64,000 nt of DNA from NCBI GenBank assembly GCA_963771465.1, contig CAVYTU010000015.1, positions 192,001-256,000 on the forward strand, written 5' to 3'. The DNA is from an uncultured delta proteobacterium (GTDB lineage: Bacteria > Desulfobacterota > Binatia > UBA9968). The notes below the pieces were generated by a model, which saw only the letters and a program-made list of their open reading frames with translations, was not told the origin of the DNA and searched no databases. Below, in pieces: positions 9,696 through 19,482 of this stretch. Position 1 is the stretch's first letter. The number at the start of each line of letters is the position of its first letter. A program made the position numbers and the translations under genes.

Positions 9696-10550
9696 CTATC
9701 CGTTCAGTTGCTCGATCGCCTTTTTGGTAAACAACCGCGCCATCCGCCGCTTGTACCACTCCGAGCCGCGCAAGTCGGACGACGGCGAAATTTGCTCATC
9801 CACCGCGGCTAAGATCTTTGTCATCACCGCGTCATCGAGTGTCTGGTCGTGGGCGAATTCTAAACCGGAAAGCAAAAGCGGCGTCGCCGCCACGCCGCCC
9901 AGCGCGACACGCAACTCCTTGCATCGGCCGTTTTCCTTCAGCAAGAACGCCGCCACACCCACACAAGGCCAATCGTTCGCCGACAGTGTACTATAGCGGA
10001 GATAAACCGCTTTGCTGTTGGCCGGCATAAGAGGAATCTTTACTTCGGTAAGAATCTCACCGGGTTCGAGCACGGTTTCATACACGCCGCGGAAAAAGCT
10101 CTTGAGCGGAATCGTCCGCGCGCCGTTGAGACCAAAGGCCGAAACCTCGGCGCCAAGCGCCAGCAGCGGCGGCGGCGGATCAAGCCGGTAATCCGCGTGG
10201 GCGAGATTGCCGCCCACCGACGCGGTCTGGCGCACGCGCACGTTGCCGATGTGACTGAACGCTTCGGCAACGGCGGGGAACGCTTGGCGAATCATCGGTG
10301 AGAGCTCTACCATGCGATGCGTTGTTAAAGCGCCGATGCGAATGCCGTCAGCCTCTCGCTTAATTTCATTCAGTCCGGGAATCGTCTGGAGATCGACTAA
10401 ATACGGATAGTAAAGCGCACGCTGCTTCATCAAAATCACCAGCGTGGTGCCGCCGCCGATGGCGCGCGCGTCATCGCCGTGTTTTTGCAAAAGCTCCACG
10501 GCTTCTGAAAGCGAGTGCGGTTGCAGCAATTCGAATGAGCGAATCGTCAT
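9696..10550 (-). CDS. molybdenum hydroxylase FAD subunit, CoxM/CutM-like
   Basis: AIGGGTTL, IGNVRVRQTASVGGNLAHAD, SDLRGSEWYKR; start at ATG 10550. Confidence 0.92.
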   Translation of the reverse strand: MTIRSFELLQPHSLSEAVELLQKHGDDARAIGGGTTLVILMKQRALYYPYLVDLQTIPGLNEIKREADGIRIGALTTHRMVELSPMIRQAFPAVAEAFSHIGNVRVRQTASVGGNLAHADYRLDPPPPLLALGAEVSAFGLNGARTIPLKSFFRGVYETVLEPGEILTEVKIPLMPANSKAVYLRYSTLSANDWPCVGVAAFLLKENGRCKELRVALGGVAATPLLLSGLEFAHDQTLDDAVMTKILAAVDEQISPSSDLRGSEWYKRRMARLFTKKAIEQLNG

Positions 10551-10715
10551 AGCTATCTCTAAGATCGCTTCGGTTCTATCCTTCCGTCTTTTCAGAATCA
10601 AGGTCGTGTCGCCGGAAATTTATCTGCGAACGGCGTCGGCAGCACGCCAACTTTATCCGTTTGACAGATAAGCCCAACTTTGAGAAGTATCCGTGACAAG
10701 AGGAGGGTTTAAACC

Positions 10716-11528
10716 ATGTTTACCAGCATTCGACATATCGCCGTGTTGACCGAAAATTGGGATCGTGAAGCAAAGTTTTATCAAACAATTTTCGGCATGA
10801 AGAAAATCACCAACGGCATGACTGATGAGACAGGCGAATACAACAAGAACCGCGGTCATTTGAGCGACGGCGTCATCGGCCTCGCCCTCCTGCAGCGCCA
10901 ACCTGGCTCGAGATCGGGCCTGGATCATTTCGGCTTTGCCGTCGAAAACGTCCAGACCGTCCGTGATCGCATCAAAGAATCTTACCCCGATGTCTACATT
11001 ACCGAGAGCCCGAGCCATGTGCCGTTTGCCGGCTTGCGCGGACATGACCCGGACGGCAATCAATATGATCTTTCGCAAAAAGGCATGGCCAACGTGCGCG
11101 AAGGCTACGTCGAATTCGGCTGGGAACAACCGCGCTGGATCAATCATGTCTGTATCCGCAGCGGCCGCCCGGCGCATATCGCCGAGTTCTACCAGAAAGT
11201 TTTCGATCTCGAGCCCGTCGAAGGCATGTCCGGCGACAACAGCTACTATCTGACCGACGGAAAAGTAAACCTAGCAATCCGTCCCTGGGATATGATCAAG
11301 TACCGCGGACACATGGCGGGTTTGGATCACTTCGGTTTTAAGGTCGACGATTTAGAACAAACGAAAAAAGATCTTGACGCCCTGGCTGCTTCCTCCCCCG
11401 CTTCCGCGCCGAGAAAAATCGCCATCGGCCGTGAGGGCGAAACGCGCCAGAAAAACCTCGAAGGCTGTAAGCTCTGCAAACAAAGCCTCGCCGATCCGGA
11501 CGGCGTGCTGCTCGATTTGACGGACTGA
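10716..11528 (+). CDS. VOC/glyoxalase family protein (two domains)
   Basis: IRHIAV, GLDHFGF twice, DPDGN / DPDGV. Confidence 0.88.
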   Translation: MFTSIRHIAVLTENWDREAKFYQTIFGMKKITNGMTDETGEYNKNRGHLSDGVIGLALLQRQPGSRSGLDHFGFAVENVQTVRDRIKESYPDVYITESPSHVPFAGLRGHDPDGNQYDLSQKGMANVREGYVEFGWEQPRWINHVCIRSGRPAHIAEFYQKVFDLEPVEGMSGDNSYYLTDGKVNLAIRPWDMIKYRGHMAGLDHFGFKVDDLEQTKKDLDALAASSPASAPRKIAIGREGETRQKNLEGCKLCKQSLADPDGVLLDLTD

Positions 11529-11599
11529 AGGATCGTGGAGTTAGCAAACGGGATGGAAGCGTTCAACTAGGCTTAGAGATAAAAAGCTTGGGAGAGTTT

Positions 11600-11950
11600 A
11601 TGGAATTTGCCAACATCAACGAAACCATGCGGACAGCGAAAGACCAGGACAAGCGCTTCATCCCTCTTTTCGGTTCCGAGACTTTTCGCTCGTGGATACT
11701 CTATTTTCGGCCCGGTGAACACACCGACATGCATTTCCATATGTCGCCGGAAACTTTTCTCGTGCTGCAAGGCAAAGCATCGGTTAAAGGGCTTAAAGGC
11801 GAGGAGCGCATCATTGAACAGAACGAAATCGTTTTTTTTGGCGCCAAGGATTACTATCAGATCACCAACGTCGGCACCGAACCGCTCGTGCTCATCGGCA
11901 ACCGCTCCGAAGCGTTCGGCGGCGCCCATGTGACCGCGAAAGAAGCGTAG
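11600..11950 (+). CDS. cupin-domain protein
   Basis: PGEHTDMHFHMSPETFLVLQG...ITNVGTEPL. Confidence 0.85.
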   Translation: MEFANINETMRTAKDQDKRFIPLFGSETFRSWILYFRPGEHTDMHFHMSPETFLVLQGKASVKGLKGEERIIEQNEIVFFGAKDYYQITNVGTEPLVLIGNRSEAFGGAHVTAKEA

Positions 11951-11991
11951 TCGCAAGTCTCACGTCGCTAACCGCAACGACACATGCCAGG

Positions 11992-12972
11992 ATGAAAAAG
12001 TCATCCGCATTGCGTGTATGGGTCTCAATCTTTTCCCTCCTGGCATTTTCATCTTCTCTACTTAACGCCGCCGAAGAAATAAAGATCGCCTCCACCGGCG
12101 CCGGCCTCAGCACCTTGCCGCTTGAGATCGCCGCGCGCAAGAGTTTCTTCCGCGACGAAGGATTTGAAGTATTGACGATCACCATGCGCACCAATATCGC
12201 GGTCAATGCGCTACTATCTCGCAGCGTCGAATACGCAACTCCCAGCACCTCAACAATAAAAGCCGCCAGCGCCGGCTTGCCGGTCAAAACCATCGCTGTC
12301 CTACTCGGTCGTCCCGATTACTTTCTCACCGTCAAGCGAGATGTGAAAACCGTACGCGATCTCAAAGGCAAACGCATCGCCATCGGCAGTTTCGGCGCCG
12401 CCGCCGATCTCGCGCTACGCACGGTCGCCAAACAGGATGGCTTGGACCCCGACCGCGATCTCATTCGTTTGCAAATGGGCGGCGCCGCCGCGCGCTACGC
12501 TTCGCTAATTTCCGGCAGCGTCGACGCGACGATCTTAACTCTGCCTTACAACCTGCAAGCGGAAAAAGCCGGCTACAAAGACTTGCTTTGGTTCGGCGAA
12601 CGCTTGGAGCTACCGCTCGCCGGTCTCGCGGTCCGGGACGAAACGATTCAGAAAAATCCCAAACAAGTCCTTGGCGTAATCAGAGCCGTTTTCCGCGCCA
12701 TGGCATTCGCCGGCGCCAACCGCGAGGAAACCATCCAGATGCTCGTAAACTGGCTGCGTCTCGATCGCGAAGTCGCTTCTAGAAGTTACGATCTAGGTAA
12801 ACGAAGTTGGTCCGACGGTGGAGTTGTCTCTGACACCGCCGTGCAATCCCTGGTGGATCAGTCGATGCTGGAACTGAAAAGCAAAGACCCCATCCCACTC
12901 GATAAAGTGCGCAACTGGAGTTTTGCCGGACAAGTGCGGCGAGAACTAGCATCCGCGGGAGAAAAAAATTGA
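11992..12972 (+). CDS. ABC substrate-binding protein, NMT1/SsuA/TauA-like
   Basis: Signal peptide; FFRDEGFEV, DLKGKRIAIGSFG, LISGSVDATIL. Confidence 0.88.
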   Translation: MKKSSALRVWVSIFSLLAFSSSLLNAAEEIKIASTGAGLSTLPLEIAARKSFFRDEGFEVLTITMRTNIAVNALLSRSVEYATPSTSTIKAASAGLPVKTIAVLLGRPDYFLTVKRDVKTVRDLKGKRIAIGSFGAAADLALRTVAKQDGLDPDRDLIRLQMGGAAARYASLISGSVDATILTLPYNLQAEKAGYKDLLWFGERLELPLAGLAVRDETIQKNPKQVLGVIRAVFRAMAFAGANREETIQMLVNWLRLDREVASRSYDLGKRSWSDGGVVSDTAVQSLVDQSMLELKSKDPIPLDKVRNWSFAGQVRRELASAGEKN

Positions 12973-13034
12973 CGCCGAAATACGTATCGTTAGGAATTGC
13001 GCGGTTGCAATAATGAAGACGCGAAAATGACCGT

Positions 13035-14144
13035 ATGGAAGACTCCGTTGGACGAATTATTCGAGCATACGATCCCGACTCTCCGCTAGAGGAAGCATCC
13101 ACTCCTCCCTCCGCCTGGTACACCGATCCTCGAATTCTCGATTTGGAACAGCTGGCTGTTTTTTCGCGCTCGTGGCAACCCGCCGGACGCTCCGGTCAAG
13201 TTCGCAATCCAGGGCAATACATCACGGCGGAAGTAGCGGGCGAATCAATTCTCATCGTCAGAGGCAACGACAGCGTTCTGCGCGGCTTCTACAACGTTTG
13301 CCGCCACCACGCTGCGGCTGTCGTAACTGAATGCGAAGGCAAAGCCGAAAATCTCCGCTGCCCGTACCATGGCTGGACTTACGACCTCGAAGGCAAGCTG
13401 ATCCTCACACCTGAATTCGCCGGCGTTGCCAACTTCGATCGAAACGCCAACGGCCTCGTTCCCGTCCAGATTGGCGAATGGCAAGGTTGGGTTTTTGTGA
13501 AACTTGACGGCGGCGACATCAGCTTGGAAAAGTTTCTCGATGCGGACTTGGTTGAACGACTTAAACCTCTGAATCTTGAACGCTTGAACTGGTTCGAGCG
13601 GCGAAGTTATTTTTTGAACTGCAACTGGAAAGTTTTCGTCGACAACTACCTCGACGGCGGCTATCACGTGCCGCATATCCACGGCGGGCTCAGCAGCGTT
13701 TTGGACAATAGCAAATACAAAATCGAAACCGGCGAGCGTTTTTGCCTGCAATCGAGTCCTCTCGTCGCGGGAAAAGGCGAAGCGTCCGCAGTGCGAAAAG
13801 GCACGCGCGCTAACTATATCTGGGTCTATCCGAACTTCATGATCAACGTGTACGAAGGTGTGATGGACACCAACCGCGTCATCCCGCGCGGCGTCGACAA
13901 GACCGAAGTCATCTTCGATTACTACTTTGCCGACGTTTCGGAGTCTTCACGAGGAAAGAATTTGGCCAGCATCGTCGTCAGCGAACAGATTCAGTCGGAA
14001 GATGTTGCGATCTGTGAGTCGGTCCAACGCGGTTTGAATTCTCGCGCCTACAATTCCGGGCGGCTGTCGGTTCGCCGCGAGGCCGGCGAGCATCTGTTCC
14101 ACCGGCTGCTGCATGCCGATTTAAGCGCATGTCTGCAAACTTGA
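13035..14144 (+). CDS. Rieske oxygenase alpha subunit (choline monooxygenase-like)
   Basis: Rieske ligands CRHH / CPYHGW; mononuclear Fe ligands DGGYHVPHIH and EDVAICESVQRG. Confidence 0.9.
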   Translation: MEDSVGRIIRAYDPDSPLEEASTPPSAWYTDPRILDLEQLAVFSRSWQPAGRSGQVRNPGQYITAEVAGESILIVRGNDSVLRGFYNVCRHHAAAVVTECEGKAENLRCPYHGWTYDLEGKLILTPEFAGVANFDRNANGLVPVQIGEWQGWVFVKLDGGDISLEKFLDADLVERLKPLNLERLNWFERRSYFLNCNWKVFVDNYLDGGYHVPHIHGGLSSVLDNSKYKIETGERFCLQSSPLVAGKGEASAVRKGTRANYIWVYPNFMINVYEGVMDTNRVIPRGVDKTEVIFDYYFADVSESSRGKNLASIVVSEQIQSEDVAICESVQRGLNSRAYNSGRLSVRREAGEHLFHRLLHADLSACLQT

Positions 14145-14165
14145 CTCGCGGCAAAATCATTTTGT

Positions 14166-15917
14166 TTAAACCCGCTCCTGAATTCCATAGCGCGCGCTGA
14201 TTTTCTGCGCGATGGTCACCAACACGATCAGCAGCGTGAACATAACGACGCCGAAGGCGCTCAACTGTTGAAAGGAACCGTTCGACCACAGGTCGAAGAT
14301 GATCACCGAAGCGGTGCGATTGCTCGAACGCGCCAGCATTAACGAGATCGTGAGCTCACGGTAGGCGTGTACCATCACCCAGAACCATCCTGCCATCAGT
14401 CCTGGGCCGGAGCAGCGGCAGATAAATGTGATAAAAATTTCGCCACCAGCCGCCGCCGGCCACGGCGGCCGCTTCTTCCAACTCTGAATGGATCTGGACC
14501 ATCGACGTAGATACGAAGCGCAATGCGAACGGCAGGTATCGAGTGAGATAGGCCAAGCCGATGATGCTCAACGTGCCGATCACCGGCAACGGGATCAGCA
14601 GATAGAGCCACATGAATGCCGAGCCGAGCACGACGCTCGGCAGCGCGATGGGCGCGAAGCCGAGAAAGTCGAGGAACTTCCGTCCGCGGATACGCGTCTT
14701 GTGCACGAAATAGCTGATGCCGGCGACCAGGAGCATCACGGCGCTCGCCGATCCGACGCCGAGCAGCGTGCTATTCCACAGCGGCTTCAAAGCATAGCCG
14801 TCGTCGGCAAGTAGGTTGAGGTAATTAATCGACGTCATCGCCTGGAACGCCTCAGCGGTCGGCGCTTGGAAGCGCGGCAAGAACGAAGCGTAGAGCATGG
14901 TGAGAAAAGGCAGGCCGGTGATGAGAAAAACCAGCAGGAGCGACAACGCGCAAGTGAGATACTTCCATCCACCGAGATCGATGCGGCGCGGCCGGTAATC
15001 CTTGCCGGTAATGGTTTGATAGCGCTCACCGTGGCGGACCAGTCGGAAATAGACGAAGAGCAGCACCATCGCACAGCAACAGCAACATCATCGAATAGGT
15101 GCTCGCCAATCCCCAATCGGTCGGCATGCGCGAGGTGTTGAAGTAAACTTGCGTCGTGTACACCGATACGCGGGCGCGCCCGCCGAGCAAGAGCGGCACC
15201 TCGAAGCTCTCGACGGTTTGGATAAATAGTAGCAAAGCCGACGCGGCCGCCGCCGGCAAGATCAGCGGCAAGCGTGACTCGGCGAAAAGTCGGCCAGGTG
15301 CCAGCGCCGGCGATGGACGAGGCTTCTTCGAGCCGAGGGTCGATGGACTGCAGCGCCGCCGACATGCAGTAAATAAGCCAGCGGCGTCATTTCGAGCGAC
15401 TGCACCCACACCATGCCCCAGAACGAATAGATGTTGAGAAATCTGCGGCACGCCGGCGAGCGACTGAATGATGTGATTGAGGATGCCGATGCTCGGGCTC
15501 GCCATCAGGATCCACGAGATCGTGATGATTACACCAGGGATGATGATGCGGCCGAGGGTGACGAGGCCGATCAGCCGCGCCAGCGGCGTGTTGGTGCGCT
15601 CCACTGTCCACGCGAGAAACGTGCCCGCAGATAAAAGCGAGAAAAGTCGACGCCAGCGCAAAGTAGAGCGTATTGACACTCGCTTGCCAAAACTCGCCGA
15701 TGCCGTAGGCACGGCTATAGTTGGCCAACGTAAAGCTGAAATCCAAAAACCCTGCCTCGCCGGGGCGTATGGTTTTGAGACTCGTCCAAATGATCAGCGC
15801 CAGCGGCACTGCGACCTGGTAGAGCAGGATGACGCTGAGGCCAATCAGAACGATGCCGCTGCCGCTTAACGATGGCAGCCGGGCGCTGGCTGACCAGCGC
15901 AACGAGTTCGTGGCCAT
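14166..15917 (-). pseudogene. FbpB-type (two-domain) ABC permease, frameshifted into about 5 pieces
   Basis: Fragments 15387-15917, 15026-15712, 14835-15365, 14356-15069 and 14166-14396 join to a paralog of 26067-27851, with two EAA motifs (LEEASSIAGA, LEEAAAVAGG). May be sequencing indels. Confidence 0.8.
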
Positions 15918-15936
15918 GGTGGCGATGCGTGGCGGG

Positions 15937-17016
15937 TTATTTCATGCGGCCGATATACTGACCCCAGGCGTCGTGCAGCCGCTTGGTGATATCGTCGCTG
16001 ACGATGTTGTAGGTCACCAGCTTGACGTTATCGGGAAGATACGGGTGCTTGATCGTCAGCGGGCCGCGCAAAATTTCATTGATCATATTCTGGCTATCCG
16101 CCGACAGCGTCCAGTCGACAAACAGCGCAGATGCGTAGGGATTCAGAGTATTCTTGTTGATGATCATGCCGCCGGCGAAGGACAGAATCGGCGCCGTCAG
16201 CACCATCGCGAAAGGCGCCTTGGGATCTTTGCGCTTGGCTTCCACGCCGGTATAAAAATAATTGTCCCCTTGCAGCGCATGGTCGCCGGTGAGCATGAGC
16301 TCCATGCGCTGGGTGTGGCCAGTCTGGATAATGATTTGATTCTGGCCCATGCATTTGAGCCACTCTTTAGTTTTTTCCTCGCCCATCATGACGTAAAGAC
16401 CAGCCAAGAAACGGGTCTCCGACGGATCGAAGGAGACTTGCCCTTTGAACTCCGGCTTGCACAGATCGAACCAAGTCTTGGGCGCTTTGTCCGGCTTGAT
16501 CAAGTTGGTGTTGTAAGAAATGCCATGTTCGGCCCAGTACCAGGGAATCCAGTGCTGCTGCGGATCGATGAAATTTTGATACTGCTTTAAAATCTTTTTG
16601 GTCGCCGGCGTGGGAAACTTGGCGACGAAATTATGTTTGAGGATGACCGCCATGTCGGGAACGCCCAGCGTCAGAATATCGGTCAAATGGCGCCCGGCAC
16701 TTTCCTCGGCAATAAATCGTTCGGCGGCGTCTTGGGAGCCTAAATCGCCCATGTCGACTTTCACGAAGGGATAGCGCTTCTCGAACAGCTTGACATGATC
16801 GCGCGCGTTCTTGCCGCGCCAGGTATGGACGAAGTTGAGCTTGCCCTCTTTGCGCGCGCCCTCTTCGATGCGTTTTTCGCGCTGGTCGGCGGGGAGTTTC
16901 GCCAGGGTAGCGTACAGTTGTTCTGAGGAACGCTCCGCGGCCATCGTGCTCGAACTCTCGAAACCACACAGCGCAAGAGCTAAAAATACTCCCGACATTC
17001 GCGCCAATTTCGTCAT
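15937..17016 (-). CDS. ABC substrate-binding protein, FbpA/AfuA-like
   Basis: Signal peptide; YNTNLI..APKTWFDL; NPYASALFVDWTLS. Confidence 0.88.
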   Translation of the reverse strand: MTKLARMSGVFLALALCGFESSSTMAAERSSEQLYATLAKLPADQREKRIEEGARKEGKLNFVHTWRGKNARDHVKLFEKRYPFVKVDMGDLGSQDAAERFIAEESAGRHLTDILTLGVPDMAVILKHNFVAKFPTPATKKILKQYQNFIDPQQHWIPWYWAEHGISYNTNLIKPDKAPKTWFDLCKPEFKGQVSFDPSETRFLAGLYVMMGEEKTKEWLKCMGQNQIIIQTGHTQRMELMLTGDHALQGDNYFYTGVEAKRKDPKAPFAMVLTAPILSFAGGMIINKNTLNPYASALFVDWTLSADSQNMINEILRGPLTIKHPYLPDNVKLVTYNIVSDDITKRLHDAWGQYIGRMK

Positions 17017-17132
17017 CGAACAATCCTCCCTAACACAGACGGTTTACGCTCCCCTATATTCCAGTTGCTTGCGCCATTTCAAGTTAAGAAATTTCTGCTA
17101 AACTTTGGCGATCAGCATAGCAAGACTTTTAA

Positions 17133-18089
17133 ATGGCAGCCAAAATATATATCGACGGCCAGGCGGGAACCACGGCGCTGCGTATCCGCGATTGGCTCGC
17201 CGGACGCAACGATCTCGAAGTCATCACGCTGCCGGAAGCGCTACGCAAAGATCCGGCGGCGCGGAAGCAGGCGTTGCAAGATGCGACGATCGTGCTGCTC
17301 TGCCTGCCCGACGACGCGGCAAAAGAAGCGGCGGCATGGCTTGCCGACACACCGGTGCGGATTCTTGACGCCAGTACGGCGCACCGGGTCAGTGACGGCT
17401 GGGTTTACGGATTGCCGGAGCTGATCGCCGGCCAGCGTGAGCAGATCGCCAAAGCGAAACGTGTAGCCAATCCCGGCTGCTATTCTTCCGCAGTGATTCT
17501 GCTGACTCGTCCGCTCGTCGATGCGCAGTTAATCGCGCATGACACGCCGCTGGCGATTCACGCGCTGTCGGGCTATTCCGGCGGCGGCCGGTCGCTGATC
17601 GAGCGCTGGGAAGATCCGAAAAGGAACCTAATCAATTTGCCGCACGAGGCGCCGTACAGCATCGGCAAGCTGCACAAGCATATCCCGGAAATCATGCGCT
17701 ACGGCGCGTTCACCGTCGAGCCGCAGTTTTTACCCAACGTCGGACCGTTTCGCTGCGGCATGCGCGTCGAGATCATGATTCCGGCCAAGTCACTGCCAAA
17801 AGCCGGATCAAGCAAAGCGATGTGGGAAGCATTGGCCGCGCGTTACGACAAGGAATCATTTATTGATGTCGAACCGCTCACCGACGCCAGCGAGAGCGAT
17901 GAGCTGAGCTTCGATCCGCAAGAGTTCAACGACACCAATCGAATCTCTCTGCGCCTTCTGCCGCACCAGTCGGGCCACGTGATTTTGACGGCGCGGCTCG
18001 ACAACCTCGGCAAAGGCGCCGCCGGCGTGGCGATTCAGAATTTGAACCTGATGCTCGGTGTGTCGGAGGACACGGGATTACCGCGCTAA
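17133..18089 (+). CDS. argC: N-acetyl-gamma-glutamyl-phosphate reductase (type 2)
   Basis: IYIDGQAGTTAL, DASTAHR, VANPGCY, SGYSGGG, ARLDNLGKGA. Confidence 0.95.
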   Translation: MAAKIYIDGQAGTTALRIRDWLAGRNDLEVITLPEALRKDPAARKQALQDATIVLLCLPDDAAKEAAAWLADTPVRILDASTAHRVSDGWVYGLPELIAGQREQIAKAKRVANPGCYSSAVILLTRPLVDAQLIAHDTPLAIHALSGYSGGGRSLIERWEDPKRNLINLPHEAPYSIGKLHKHIPEIMRYGAFTVEPQFLPNVGPFRCGMRVEIMIPAKSLPKAGSSKAMWEALAARYDKESFIDVEPLTDASESDELSFDPQEFNDTNRISLRLLPHQSGHVILTARLDNLGKGAAGVAIQNLNLMLGVSEDTGLPR

Positions 18090-19321
18090 TTCACCGGCGC
18101 ACCGACTATGGCCACTTCCTTAGGTTCGTCCTGCCGGCGTTCGACAAAGGGAAGAATCCAGTAGCTCGAAATGCCTAACGTCAGCGAACCGATGCCGCAC
18201 AACAGATAGAGCAAATTCACCCCGCTGTGATCGACCAACCAGCCGGCGGTCAAGTTCGAGAGAATGCCGGCCAAGCCGCTGCCGACCATGGAGAGAATCC
18301 CTTGCGCCGTGGAGCGCAGTTTTTCCGGCGCAACCACGTCGAGGTAAAGCGGGCTGCCCAGATTAAGTCCCACGACCATCACGCCATGCAATGCCTGCAC
18401 AGCGAATAGGAGACTCGAATCGTCGATCAACGCCGACAGTATCCAGCGCAAACCGCCGATGGTCACACCAGCGGTGAGCATGCCGCGGGCGCCAAGCCGC
18501 TTTAGGCCGCTGCCCGTCGATAAGACCAGCGGAATTTCGACGATCAGCATGAGAATCCACATGTTGCGAATCGTGCTCAAATCGCCGCCACGCGCGCGAA
18601 TGAATATGGGGAAAAGCCACATCGGCCCATGCATGAGAAAATGGGCCAGCAAGGAAAAGCAAAGAAACCGCACAAACGGACGATTGTGCAGCAGCTCGCG
18701 CCAATCGCCGCGCTCGGCGCGCAGTCCAACGGCACCTTTTTTCGGCAACGAGAAAGCGATGAACGCCGAGACAAAAACTAGGCTCGCAGTCAGGGGAAAC
18801 ATCAAGCCCAACCCAGGTTGCGAAATGTCGGTGCCCGCCGCAGATTGATTGAAATTAGAAAGCGATGCCAACAGCCACGGTAAAATGAGCACAAGGATAA
18901 AATAACCGACGGTGCCCCAAGCGCGCACCCGGCCGAAGGCGTGGCGGCCGGCGTCGCGCAGAATTGCCAAGCTCACCGAAGTCATCAGCGGAAACACTGC
19001 CGTGCCGACCACAGCGAGCGCGGAGGTGGCCAACATGATCGACCAGAAGCCCTGTGCGTAGCCGAGTCCAAGATAACCGAGCGCTGTACCCAATGTGAGA
19101 AAGGCCAACACGCGCGTGCGCGCGCCGGTGCGGTCGGCCACCTGCCCCCAAAATGGCTGCGCGATCATGCCGATCAATGGCGAGATCGCCAAAACAAACC
19201 CGACTTGAGTTCCGGTCAGTCCGGCATCCTCGCGCAGATAGAGCGTAAAGTACGGATAGAAGATCCCGAGGGAACCGAAATAGGTGAACCAAAAAAGTGT
19301 CAGCGGAACCGAATGCCACAT
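18086..19321 (-). CDS. MFS transporter
   Basis: About 12 hydrophobic segments; WGQVADRTG, FGRVRAWGTVGY. Confidence 0.9.
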   Translation of the reverse strand: MWHSVPLTLFWFTYFGSLGIFYPYFTLYLREDAGLTGTQVGFVLAISPLIGMIAQPFWGQVADRTGARTRVLAFLTLGTALGYLGLGYAQGFWSIMLATSALAVVGTAVFPLMTSVSLAILRDAGRHAFGRVRAWGTVGYFILVLILPWLLASLSNFNQSAAGTDISQPGLGLMFPLTASLVFVSAFIAFSLPKKGAVGLRAERGDWRELLHNRPFVRFLCFSLLAHFLMHGPMWLFPIFIRARGGDLSTIRNMWILMLIVEIPLVLSTGSGLKRLGARGMLTAGVTIGGLRWILSALIDDSSLLFAVQALHGVMVVGLNLGSPLYLDVVAPEKLRSTAQGILSMVGSGLAGILSNLTAGWLVDHSGVNLLYLLCGIGSLTLGISSYWILPFVERRQDEPKEVAIVGAPVN

Positions 19322-19482
19322 TCGCCGATGATAGCATCAGTTCGGCGCGGTATCAGCTTTTGTCGGATGAAGATCGAAAGAAATCGAATTGTCTTCGCCG
19401 CCCGTGACATCGAGAATTGAGCGCACGACCGGAGCAACACAGCCTCGCGCGATTCAAAGCGTCAAATTTCGCCGCTTCCGCG

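Noticed and set aside
9168-10550. Aerobic CO dehydrogenase
   Set aside because: No CoxL is present; M and S subunits do not determine substrate.
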